From assembly GCA_026023565.1 (NCBI GenBank), contig JAPETS010000079.1, positions 1-46,086 of the forward strand: a stretch of DNA of 46,086 bases. The letters are read 5' to 3'. Source of the DNA: Cirrosporium novae-zelandiae (Eukaryota). Below are positions 1-11,538 of this stretch, one piece after another (the first letter of the stretch is position 1; each line of letters begins with the position of its first letter). The notes under the pieces are model-generated. The model saw only the letters and a program-made list of their open reading frames with translations. It was not told the DNA's origin and did no database searches. The position numbers and the translations under genes are program-made.

Positions 1-3000
1 TTTTTTTTTTTTTTTTTGTTCTTTTACTTCACAATGGGATTTTTTTTTTTTTTTTTCCTTTTTACTTAGGAATGGATGGATGGACGGATAGGATAGGATT
101 GTAAGCGAAAGGGGAAATTTTTTTAAGGGAGGGGGGGGTTTAGTTTAAATGATAAAGGATGACCTAACTACAACTACAACTACAACTACAGCCAAACAAA
201 CAAACAGATTTCAATCTTCCCTTCTTAATCAGATAGGAGGAATGGAGGATGAAGGGGGAGAGAGGGTTTTTAGGTTTATTACAAAAAATGATTTACTTTT
301 TTTTTTTCTTTATATTTTTATATTTCTCTCTTTTTTTTTTTTAAAGAGTGAGTATATTTAATTAATGTAACTTCTTCTTCTTCTTCTTCTATTTATCTAG
401 AGTGGGAGGGGATCTTTAAACTAACGAGAGGTACAAGGGATAAGGGATAAGGCACAAATACATACTAAAAGGAAGAAAGAAATCAAATCAAATCGATTAC
501 GTGAAACATGAAAATGACATGAGGGGATAGATTAGATAGGCAGGGAGAGTGGGGGGGAAAGAAGAGAGAGAGACACAGACACCTTTGGTAGTTTTTTTTT
601 TTTTTACTTTCTTTTTTTTTTCTACGAGCGTTTTCGGTCCTTTGTGAACTAAACCTAGTGATTGGGGAATTGGTGGATTTTATTAACTTGGGTTACGAGG
701 GATAGGGGGATAGGGGGAAGGGGGGGGGGGTTATATGGATGGAGACAATGGACATGGAAATGGACATGGAAATGGAAATGGAAATGGAAATGGGTGGGAG
801 ATAAGACGGATAGGTATGGATGGACAGATTGGTGGATGAGTGGATTGAAACTCTGTTCATCGACAATGACATGATACGACATGAGAGGATGGGATGGGAT
901 GGTTCGTTCGTTCATTGGAGGTGAATATCAAACAACCAAACAACCAAACAAAATAAATGAACGAACGAACGGACGAATAGAAAGCGGGAGAAAAGGAACA
1001 AAAGAGGGGGGGGGGGGGGATAGAAGGAAGAAAGGAAAGGAAAGGAAAGAAAAGGAAAAGAGGGATAAATAAATGGTGGAGTGGGGTGGGGTGTAGTGAA
1101 TCGAGGAATGGTTGTTGAATGGGAATGAAAATGAAGAGAGGGAGTGATAGAGACAGGAAGGAGAGGACATGGAAAGATGGAAATTGAAGTCGTTGTTGGT
1201 AATAAATGGTTCTTATTCATTATTGTTGAGAATAATTACAAATAACCTACTACCTAACCTTATTCACCTTATTTACCTTACCTATTTTATACACATCTTT
1301 ACCCAGTTAGTTTCTAGGCTTCCAAGTTCTACTTTTTTTTTTTTTTTTTTAATAATATATGTAAATTAAACAAGGGCTAAAAAGAAGTATCCAAGGGAGG
1401 GAGGGAGAGAAGGAGAGGGATAAAGTCAGATAGATACTTTCTTTACCTTGACTTTACCTTGACTTTAACTAGAACTACAACTAGAATTACCTAAACTTAC
1501 CTGGTTTTTTAGGATTCTGGTGTATTAATTTGAAGTAATTGGTGTAAGGGCTGAGTGTGTGTGTTTGTGCTAAGGGAGAGTTGAGGGGGCTAGAGTTGAG
1601 CTTTAAGGGTTGAGAATTAAGGGGGGTTGTTCTTATTTAAAAAAAAAAAAATAGCAATAGTTATGTATGATATACTTGGTAGTGGTAGTGATGATGATGA
1701 TAATGATGATGATGGAAGTGTTGATAAGTAGTTATGAATCTCTATATTATATAAACTCTAGGTATTCAAACTCTAGGAATTTTTTTTAATAGATGTTAGA
1801 TATTAGATATTAGATTCTTTTTTTTTTTTTTTTTTGCGTAATTATTTCTGATACTTACTACTACTACTACTACTAAGGTAAGTACAAGGTAATTTAGAGG
1901 GTTTTTGGTTTGAAAAAATATATAGAAGTTATTGGGTTATGTGGGTTATATGGGTTATAAATTCTGGGAAGGGGGGGGGTTTAGATGTATGTATGTATAT
2001 ACACATTATTAGAATTGAATAGATTGATTAGAGGTTAGAGGTTAGAGATAAAGGGATTGAGTAATTGGAAGGGAGGGGTTGGAGAATTGGAGGTTGGGTT
2101 GATGTAATTGATGAATTTGATGGTTGATGAATTTGATGGGTTATAGGACATAACTTATAATCCATCCATCAATCTCAACACCAAACTTTCAATTTCAATC
2201 ACAAATCTCAACAACACACCATCGTCTTATAAGGTTACGGGATATGGGATGTGGGTTATGAGTTATAGGTAGGTTATAGGGATATATAGGATATGGGTTT
2301 ATAACTTACAAACTTCCAAGCCTTGGGGGGGGATCTTGATCTTGATCTTAATCTCAACCTCAACCCTCAAACCCTCAATATCGACACCGACACCGACATA
2401 CTAACATTTTTGTTTTATACCGTTGGAATTAAATTGAAAAATCTAAATTATAGGTTATAGGTTATAGGTTATAGGCTATAAAGGTTTAGAGGGTCTTACT
2501 GTAGATACATATATACACATAGTCTATATTATACAATCTAATTAGTGGATTGAAGGCCTATTCGTTGAGAGAGGTTGGAGGCTTGGTGGATTTAGGGGGT
2601 TTGATGGGTATAGGTTATAGGTTATAGGTTATAGGTTAGAAGCCTTGGGGGGGGGGTCTTATATACGAATTTTTAATTTTAATTTTAATTTTAATGCGAA
2701 TATTAAAGGCTAGACTATGTTTTATTGGCTGAGGGGGGATCTTAGATGTATACACAGATAAGATATAATATTTATACAATCTGGTGGGTTGGAGAGTTGG
2801 AGGGAGAGAGGTTAGAGGGAGAGAGGTTAGAGGTGAGAGGTTAGGTTGAAGGTTATAGGATACAGGATATGGGATATGGGATATGGGTTATAACTCCCAA
2901 GCCTTGGAGAAGATCTCAACCCCAACACAACTAAACACCAACGCCAAAGGAAATAACCCAAGGCATATATCGCTTTAGCAAACAAAAAAAAAAGAAAGAA

Positions 3001-3430
3001 AAAAAAAGTCCTCATTTAGATGTTCTGATATAAATACCTACTTTGTGGTTTATTTTATAAGTGGTTTAGTGGTTAGTTAGGTGGGTAGTTGTCGCGTGCC
3101 AACTCGCTTACGGTAAGTACTACAGTAGCCAGCTAGCCATCAGTGGAGGTTGAGAGAGAGAGAGAGAGAGAGAGAACCTATATATCACACATCACATCTG
3201 GATATCTGAAAAGGGGAGAGGGTTCTTTTTTTTTTTGTATGGTAATGGTAATTGATTTTACTATAATTATTAATTATTTAGGGATGAAAACCAATAACAT
3301 TGTCTTTTCTTTCGCAACAGAGTCGTTTTCTTTAAACAATCTTTGACCTGAGTTTTTGACTTCTCTTTTCGTTCATAAAGCATTCTTCATTACTTGTCAA
3401 TATATCCATCCATCTAACATCACCCCTAAA
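1..3430. repeat. Low-complexity intergenic region (poly-T/G/A runs, microsatellites such as (ATGGAA)n, (GGTTATA)n, (GA)n)
   Basis: Seen directly. ORFs here translate only simple repeats (poly-T, WKWKWK, FHFHFH). Confidence 0.85.
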
Positions 3431-3432
3431 TT

Positions 3433-4603
3433 ATGGAGTTTTGTGGCACTGAAAATGACGTGATTACGGTCATGGAGATCTTTGCCGGTATCGAAGACGA
3501 TTGTGAAATGAGTCTTCTCTATCATAATATCCGCTTTATTATTGCTCTCAAAAGACCCACCACCAACCCATTAGATAATGATACCTCAATCGAAAGTACC
3601 TTACTCCAAAACCTCGACATTGCAGCTAGTGACCCCGACGAGCTTGTATTCGATCGATGTTTGGAAGATGTGCGTGATCTTGCCATTTCTAAATGCAAGA
3701 ACATGATGAATGAGCTCGCTCCTCCGATAGGACAACAGGATGCGGGAGCGGAAGCTCGGCTGCAGAGCCTCGAAGAAATGATCCATCCCGAGACTTTTGT
3801 CCTGCAGCTCGTTACTGTGAAGGGGGAGCTGGCGCCTTGTCTGCTGGGGGGGCGTGGAAAAGGCTGTGTATTCACATGAATATATCTGCTTGCCGATTGA
3901 GCAGGTGCTGCTTCATCATCATGGTCTCCCTACGATAAATGAAAACGATGGTGATGGTGATGATGTGGAAGTGGTTCCGGCGACGGAGATTACAGTTCTC
4001 GAGAACTTGTTATTTCAAAAGGTTGTGAAAGTCTCTTGGAAGAATGAAGTTTGCATTTTTAAGTCTGCATCTGTGGAGGGGAAGAGTCAATTGATTAGAG
4101 AGATTCATGTGTTGAGGACATTGGAGGAGGTGAGACGTGCTGGTGATGGTGATGGTGGTGAAAATAACGATAATGTTCGTCTGCACATCCCACATTTCCT
4201 CGGCCTCGTAAAATCCCACAAGAGCAATGGCATCATCGGTTTCCTGGAAGAGTATATCCCAAGCTCTCAGAATCTCGATAACGACATAATAAACACCCCT
4301 TCCTCCTCAGAAAACAACAACACCCCCATACCCTCCCTCTCAGAAAAAAAAACCAAATGGCTCAACCAAATCTCAGAATCCATTTTCTTCCTACACAAAA
4401 ACAATCTAGTCTGGGGAGATGCAAAGGCGCAGAACGTCCTCGTGGACGGCAAAGGTGAAGGTGACGCGTGGCTTGTGGATTTCGGTGGCAGCTGGACGCA
4501 GGGGTGGGTTGATGCTGAGGTTGCGGAGACGGTGGAGGGGGATTTGCAGGGGTTGAGGAGGATTAGGGAGGTTTTGGGATTGGGGGGAGGGATGGAAAGT
4601 TGA
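3433..4603 (+). CDS. Fungal atypical protein kinase-like gene, interrupted by a +1 frameshift in G7 at 3846-3852 (about 389 aa if corrected)
   Basis: C-terminal ORF has kinase motifs: CIFK (beta3 Lys), REI (alphaC Glu), LVWGDAKAQNVLV (catalytic loop), WLVDFGG. Removing one G joins the 3433 ORF in frame to the 3854 ORF (1170 nt). Confidence 0.8.
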
Positions 4604-5060
4604 GGGTTTTTGTGTGTGTGTATGCGTGTTTGGGATATCCCAGGTTGTAGATGGGATGGAATGGGATGAGTGAGAGGTTTTTATACATATAAAATATTTC
4701 GAAAAAGGACTCCTGAAAGGAATAGGTGAAAAAAGAAAAAAAGGAAAAAAAAAAGAAAAGAAAAAAAATAAAGATTAGTTTACGTATCTCTATCTATCCA
4801 CTTCTGCTTGTAATTGTGTCTGTTTTCGTTTTGTTTATTTAACATTCTACATAAGCACACATGTAATCTAGCCTAAACCCCACACCCTCCAAAGGGAGGG
4901 AGAATGGATGGATGAATTCGAGGGGTCTTTGGGATCATGGGTTCCTGACTGGTAGTGGTGGGTAATATTTATGTATTTATAGACTTGGGGAAGGGTTTAT
5001 GGAATCTTCATTCAATGTTAGTCTGGGATATATTTGTTAAGCTGATCCCGAAGTTCTTTT

Positions 5061-5093
<33 letters not shown>

Positions 5094-5315
5094 TGAACAG
5101 ATAGGATAGGTGAGACTGTGAGAGGAGGTTTTTGGTGATGTGGTGATAGTGGAGGTGAGGAGGTTTTTTCTTGTCAAAGTGATAGAGATGTGAAACTATG
5201 GATGAATGATTTGATGGAGGAAATTTCAATTTGAATGAAATTCTAATGTGAGACTTTAGAGGAACCTAGTGCAATATAACGCCAGGAAGAATATGCGTGT
5301 GGCATATAATTGAGA

Positions 5316-8148
5316 TCAATCGGTAGGAAAGAGAATGTGTAGGGCGTCGGGCTCCCACTCATCGAAATCTATAGGATCCACCGCGCCGTGCTCTATCAGC
5401 AGTTGCACCATCTCCTCACATCCTTTGATTTTAGCTGCCCTCAATGCGTTGCCAAAGTATCCGCCCTGCGCATTAACATCCGCCTTATTATTTAGTAATA
5501 GCTTGACTATAGGCTCATTTCCTGGAAATATAGCGGCTTGCAGCGCGGTGCCAAAATTTTCGCCCTGCGCATTAACATCCGCCCCATTGTCTAGCAACAA
5601 CTGGACTATGGCTTTATTTTGGGTATATGCAGCAGCTTGCAGCGCGGTGCCAAATAGTGTGTTCGGCGCATTAATATCCGCCCCATTATCTAGCAACAAC
5701 TGGATTATGGTTTCGTTTTTAACATGTACAGCAGTTTGCAGCGGGGTACCATACAATCCGCCCGGCCTATTAACATCTGCCCCGTTGTTTATTAGTCGTT
5801 GAACGATGCCCTGTAAATTAGTCGCAGAGGCGTAATAGAGTGGTTTTGCAGGCCTCTTCGCTTGCGATTCAAAATAATAATCTAATTTGTTAGGGAAATC
5901 GATTTGAACCCAGCTCTGAAGTGCAACATCTGATGAAAATAGTCTGAAGGTGATATTATCAACCTCTTCTTGATCACTTTCAGGTAATAGCCTGCGGTGA
6001 ATGTACCAATATTTACATGCATACTCCAAAAGTGGGAAAAGCTTGAAGTCTTTTATAGGCGTGGTTTTTATGTCTGACTGGCTGTAGAAGAGAATGTAAT
6101 GCAGACAACTTGATGTAATAAAGGAATTTGCTGCAATGTTGGTAGTCCCGAATTCTTTGACTCGGTAATCCTGGCGAATCCGGTCGGAGGTCAGATACTC
6201 CTTGACTGAGAAATGAGCTAGGAAGATGATTGTTGACTCTGTTGGTTCTGATGATTCTGACGGCTCTGCTGGCTCTTGTGAAATAAGAACAACCAAACTT
6301 CCCAGTACCTCAAGTATAAAATCCTCGAAGAATCGATCGTCGGGATCGAATGGTGTTTCTGCATTTGGGTCTATGATAGCTGCTTCGGCAAGCTCGTTAA
6401 TACCTAGAGGACGCTCCGAATAGGCCAACCAGAGCAGAGCTCGATGGGCTTTATCACGATCTTCATCATCGATATCCACGAGAATCCGAGCATAGGACTC
6501 ATCTAGTGTCCGAGGAAGGGATCCTAAAGCTTGGCGCACAGCCTTGGGGCTTGAGCATTTCTTTAAAGCATCGAGCTGGCAGAAAACCCAGCGGAACCTA
6601 CGAATGATTAAAACTCGGTTATGCTTGTTTAGTGACGATATCATCTTACATTCCATTTGCTCCTGCTGTGAGAACCTCCTTCACTTCTACTTTTATATCG
6701 TTTGGCAATCTTTTCAGTTTTTGCTCATGGGCAAGTCGATTGTCGATATAAAGTTTGATATCTGATACTGTTTGAGACCCCTGTATTGAGATTATTTTGC
6801 ATCTAGAAAGGGAAATTAATTTGCTTTTGATATCCAACTCTGGGCGGCTGGTAACCAGTAGGTGTATCTTGGATGGTGACCAAGCATTGAGGTCTTCGAT
6901 CAGCTCTAAAAGTTCTTCTCGAGATTCTCCTTTCGGACATTCATCAAGCGCATCAACCACAATATAAATGTCGTCAAGACTAGTTAAGGTAGCAAACTCG
7001 TTCAGAACTTCCTTGAGGTCAACTATATCTGGTCTCCGGCTGCCGTTACATCTTTCGTAGAGCTGTTCCAATAACTCTGGCATCTCAAATGCCTGACTGC
7101 ATAGTTGAGAAACTAAAGAGGAGACAAAATTTACCGCATTCTGTTTCTCTGAATCGCTAAAATCGAAATAGAAGTATGCAAAGGCGACGGCGGGTTTCGA
7201 AGAACAGAATTCTTTGACAGATTCAACGATAGTCGAAGTCAAAATGGTTTTGCCAGAGCCAGGTGTTCCATGGAGCCAAAGGAAAGAATTCTGCTTTGCC
7301 ATCCATTCTTCGAAATCTGTTCCGCAGACAAACCACTTGCCAGTCCCTAGTTCGTGTTTCTTGCATGCCGCATGATGGTTGGGCGAAGGATCTGTGACCG
7401 ATAACCATTTCACAATTTCGGTGTGGGTTTCAGCTATCTGGCGATTGGAAGTATCATTTTGTAAGGCTTTAACCTCTTCTCGAATAATAGAAACGTCAGT
7501 CCCTATGATTGTAGATTGCTGCCTAGGTTTTAGAATAATGTCAGCTGTCTTTTCCAACTATGTTGTAATGAGTAGCATGAATAAAGGGAAAAAAATGTGT
7601 GTTGGCTAAGCTTTTAAAAGCGTCAAAAATACAAAAAAGGACTCAATTATTCCTACACGAAAAGAGATGTTGGGATTTCATTAGAAAGAACAAAGGCAGG
7701 TTGTTAAATAATTTGAATTGATTACTGACAGGTTTGCCTGTATCAGAGCGGTATTGATACTTCCTTTCCATCTTTCCAGGGTCGTTATTCGTTTATCAAT
7801 TTCTTTGCTACTGAATGGCCACTTCAACGTCCAAGACCCTACACGTCTCATGGAATTGTTTCCTTGTTTCGGGTTCAGTTTACTGTGAAGATCCTCCAAC
7901 TCCTGCTGGCATTTTTTAATGAGGCCTTCGGGACGCAAAAGAAGCTCCAGGGCTGTGAGATTTGCTACATCAGGATCGTTTTCCAAATTCTCAACCCCCT
8001 TCAATATATCATGAATAGCGAGCACCTCGTAGTGAAGACGGTTAATATCACCCCTAGCATCTTTAACAGCCATGATATAGCGCCCCAGCTGGCCGCCAAT
8101 ATCTTCGGCGATCTGGATAACGGTAAAGACGCCCCCGAGGATCTCCAT
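5316..8148 (-). CDS. Fungal NLR-like STAND protein: HeLo/SesA-like helical N-terminus + NACHT + winged helix + ankyrin repeats (about 870 aa). Exons 8148-7726, 7557-6650, 6597-5316
   Basis: Walker A GTPGSGKT, FAYFYFDF, Walker B IVVDALDEC, LLVTSRP, GM|FRWV across a GTAAG...TAG intron (6649-6598), LPRTLDESYARIL, and ankyrins (GTALQAAA..IVQLLLDNGADVN). N-terminus MEILGGVFTVIQIAEDIGGQL..LKWPF resembles fungal STAND N-terminal helical domains. The first intron boundary is less certain. Confidence 0.9.
5420..5800 (-). repeat. Ankyrin repeats with 99-bp period and high nucleotide identity
   Basis: gccctgcgcattaacatccgcc at about 5463 and 5562; gcttgcagcgcggtgccaaa at about 5536 and 5635; tctagcaacaactgga at about 5590 and 5689. 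Confidence 0.9.
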
Positions 8149-9267
8149 AAGAGATGACGTTAGAACGTAGAATGATAATAGGAGTATGTATTTTTATGTG
8201 GACCTAGTATATTCGACGATTTGGTGACTTGGTGACTTGCGGTATGAAGAAGATGGCAAATGCAAAAGGGGTCTAATTATTGAAATACTGTTTGTGGTTG
8301 ATGGTAGCGTCGGGTTCTGAAGACCATTATTTCATCAAATATTCCTTGTATAGAAGAGTAATCTAGCATTTTCCTCCAATGGAAACTGATGGATTTAAAT
8401 CCTGGTATTTTCTCCTATCTAGGATTTTCTGGCTTAAATATTTGGTATTGGAGATTTTGGTTTAAAGGAAGAAGAGATATAAGTTTATGTCAAGGGTTAA
8501 TTAAATTATGATGTGGTACCTGGTGCTGTAGTGGTATAAGTCAAGAATCAAGCAGTTCAAAGGCTAAAAATAGCGAGAAAAAATGGGGGGGGTGTGGGTT
8601 ATGGTTTGTGGGCATTTGACATTTGGATTTGTGGGTTTGGTGGGATTTGTGGGATTTGTGGGCGGTGCTGCTCCGGCAACAGCCTTCCCCAAACAGTCTG
8701 GCCTGATTTCAATTTCATTGTTGGATGACGGCAGAAAGTCCAGTCGAATTAATTGAAATACCTTTTTATTACTATCACTACTACTCCCATAATTATATTA
8801 CACATCTACATTGAACAAGACTTCATCTTGTTCAAGCTCAACGAACCATCATCACATCTTGAACTTGAGGCGCTTTGGACCCCAGATCGACACCAACAGA
8901 AACTTGGAAAGTTGTGGATACTGTCTCACTCCAGACTTGAGACTTGTCTTGCCTGACTTGCTTGACTGGTCACCAAAAACTAGAGTCTTCCTCTCTATCA
9001 TCTCTAATCCTCATCTTTCATGAGAGGAATTTAATTATTTCCAATCTACCTTTACATTGTGTGTCGATGTTCATATCTTAGCATCCCAGACTCATCCTGA
9101 AACGAATACCAGAACCCCATCATCTTAATTCTGGCATTTCAAAGTCTGTCTGCCACCTTCTTGCATCCGAGACATTGCAATCGTCATTTCTTATTGCTGC
9201 CATTCAACAACAGCGGCAGCAGTTCGGTCCTGTGCTGGCCACGAGATAATAAACGCTGCCAAGAACA

Positions 9268-11538
9268 ATGCCTCAACTTCAACGGACATTTTCCTTCACT
9301 TCCGGCGACGAGGAATCTCTATCTCATCCTTCTACCTCATTCGATCAGCATCGTGGAGAACATGTTTATCCATATCAAGATTCTCCATCTCCTGTTCGTG
9401 TGAGCCATCGATCCATTTCCCCTCCGCCAGCATATGGGTCACCTTCTCCGGAACGGAGAGAACCAGTGAGTCCGATAACAGATTATAACCCCTCTACCTT
9501 TGAGGATAGCGGTCCCGCTCCCCCGCCTCACAGAAATTCGGTAAACCAAGACCGGAATTCAAGCGGGCCAGATCACCGATATTGGGGAACATCTAGTCAA
9601 CGCAACTCTGCATACATGCAGCCAACAACAACACCCGGGGCGGATAATCTGGGTGCTGCAGCCGCAGGAGGTGGACTTGCTGGAATCGCCATGGGTGTTG
9701 CTCATACACATCAAAGGGATAGTGGTGTAGAGGCTGTGAGAGCGATGGAGAACATAGGTGGAGAAAGAACACATTATGATGACGAGACGGGTATTGGAAC
9801 CGATAACCCCTATGTTCCTGTACCACCAGAAGCATATTCCAGAGGATTACGACAACACGACTCCTACGACTCGACTATTCCTCTAGGAGCTGCTGCTGCA
9901 ACCCCAGGAAGTATGACCCCACGCCATCAATCCACGTCATCTGAGCAAAGTATTTCATTAACCACCTATCCCTCTACCGGATCGGGCATGTACTACACGG
10001 ATAGTCCATACAACCGTCACTCTTCCTACATGGACTTGCCCGTGCACGAGGGAACGGTAGATCCGAGGAATATCGCTGATGATGGGGATGATGGATTCAT
10101 TCCTGATCCACACAGGAAGAGTATTCTGAGTAGGGGTCACGATAAACAGAATAAGAATGCCGGAGCTGCGGCTGCGGCTACTGGTGCTGCAGCAACAGGC
10201 GGAGTTATGGGTGCTATTGGAGGCATATTTGGTAAAGGAAAAACTAGAGATGTCAGCAATGGGAGCTATGGACCCGTTAGCCATCAACTAGAAGCAGGAA
10301 CTAGCCATGGAATCATTGGTGAGAAGAGTGCCTGGTTATCAAAGCAGACACAGGGGAATAGAAAGTTTAGATGGGTGGTGGGAGGAGTAATCGGAGCTGT
10401 CATTATTGCCGCCGTTGTTGGTGGTGTCATCGGTGCAGTGGTTGCGAAAAAGCACCAACCAAAAACCGCAGCAGCAACGTCAACCTCGAGTGATTCAGAT
10501 ACCGGACTCACCAGAAGCTCTGTTGAAATCCAGGATCTTCTTAATAATGACAACCTTCACAAGGTGTTTCCTGGCATGGATTATACCCCATTTAACGCTC
10601 AATACCCTGATTGTTTAACAAACCCACCTTCTCAAGACAACATCACGAAAGATGTAGCTGTCCTCTCCCAGCTTACCCCTGCGATTCGTCTATACGGTAC
10701 CGACTGCAACCAAACCGAAATGGTCCTCCACGCTCTTGACGTTCTAGATCTTAACGACACTCTCAAAATATGGCTTGGTGTTTGGCTTGACACCAATGTC
10801 ACGACCAACAATCGTCAGCTGAAGGGAATGTACGAGGTCCTTGACAAATATCCCACCTCGCACTTTAAGGGTGTGATAGTTGGAAATGAAGTCTTGTATC
10901 GAGAAGACATGTCCCAAGCGAAACTTGCAAGTACACTGAGAGAAGTTAAGAGTAATTTGACCGACCAGGGGGTTAATTTGAAGATTGCAACAAGCGACTT
11001 GGGTGATGATTGGACGAGTGGTTTGGTTGATGACGTAGATATCGTCATGTCGAATGTTCATCCTTTCTTTGCAGGTGTAACAGCAGCAAATGCAGCAAGT
11101 TGGACGTGGCTATTTTGGGATACACATGATGTCGTTTTGACAGCTGGTAACTCGTCCAAGGGAAACATAATCTCAGAAGTTGGATGGCCCAGTGGTGGTG
11201 GGAATGATTGTGGTTCTTCGACGTGTTCGAGTAAAACGGCTGGAAGTGTTGCGGGGATTGATGAGATGAATACATTCATGGATAGTTGGGTGTGTGAGGC
11301 ATTGACAAACGGGACAGAATATTTCTGGTAAGTCGAGAAACCAACCCGTCATCCTTGTCGAAGAACAGACGCTTATGATTTGTATAGGTTCGAAGCTTTC
11401 GACGAACCATGGAAGGTTAAATATAACACTGCCACGGAGAAATGGGAAGATAAATGGGGACTGATGGACAGTGGACGCAACCTCAAGGATGGCGTTAAGA
11501 TTCCGAGCTGCAATGGAAACGAAGCAACCCTCTCCTGA
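9268..11538 (+). CDS. btgC: Membrane-anchored GH17 glucan endo-1,3-beta-glucosidase BtgC (about 736 aa). Exons 9268-11327, 11388-11538
   Basis: Long disordered N-terminus, one TM helix ([24 protein letters not shown]), GH17 motifs [39 protein letters not shown] is restored by a 60-nt GTAAGT...TAG intron. Confidence 0.92.

Noticed and set aside
2450..2640. (GGTTATA)n as telomeric repeat
   Set aside because: Short, internal, interspersed and not TTAGGG-type; treated as a microsatellite.
149..3346. Short ORFs in the left flank
   Set aside because: Translations merely reflect homopolymers and microsatellites; no domains or gene structure.
7558..7730. Possible micro-exon (acceptor TAG at 7653) in NLR intron 1
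   Set aside because: Inclusion gives an in-frame stop or lacks a good donor; a single 168-nt intron preserves the frame.
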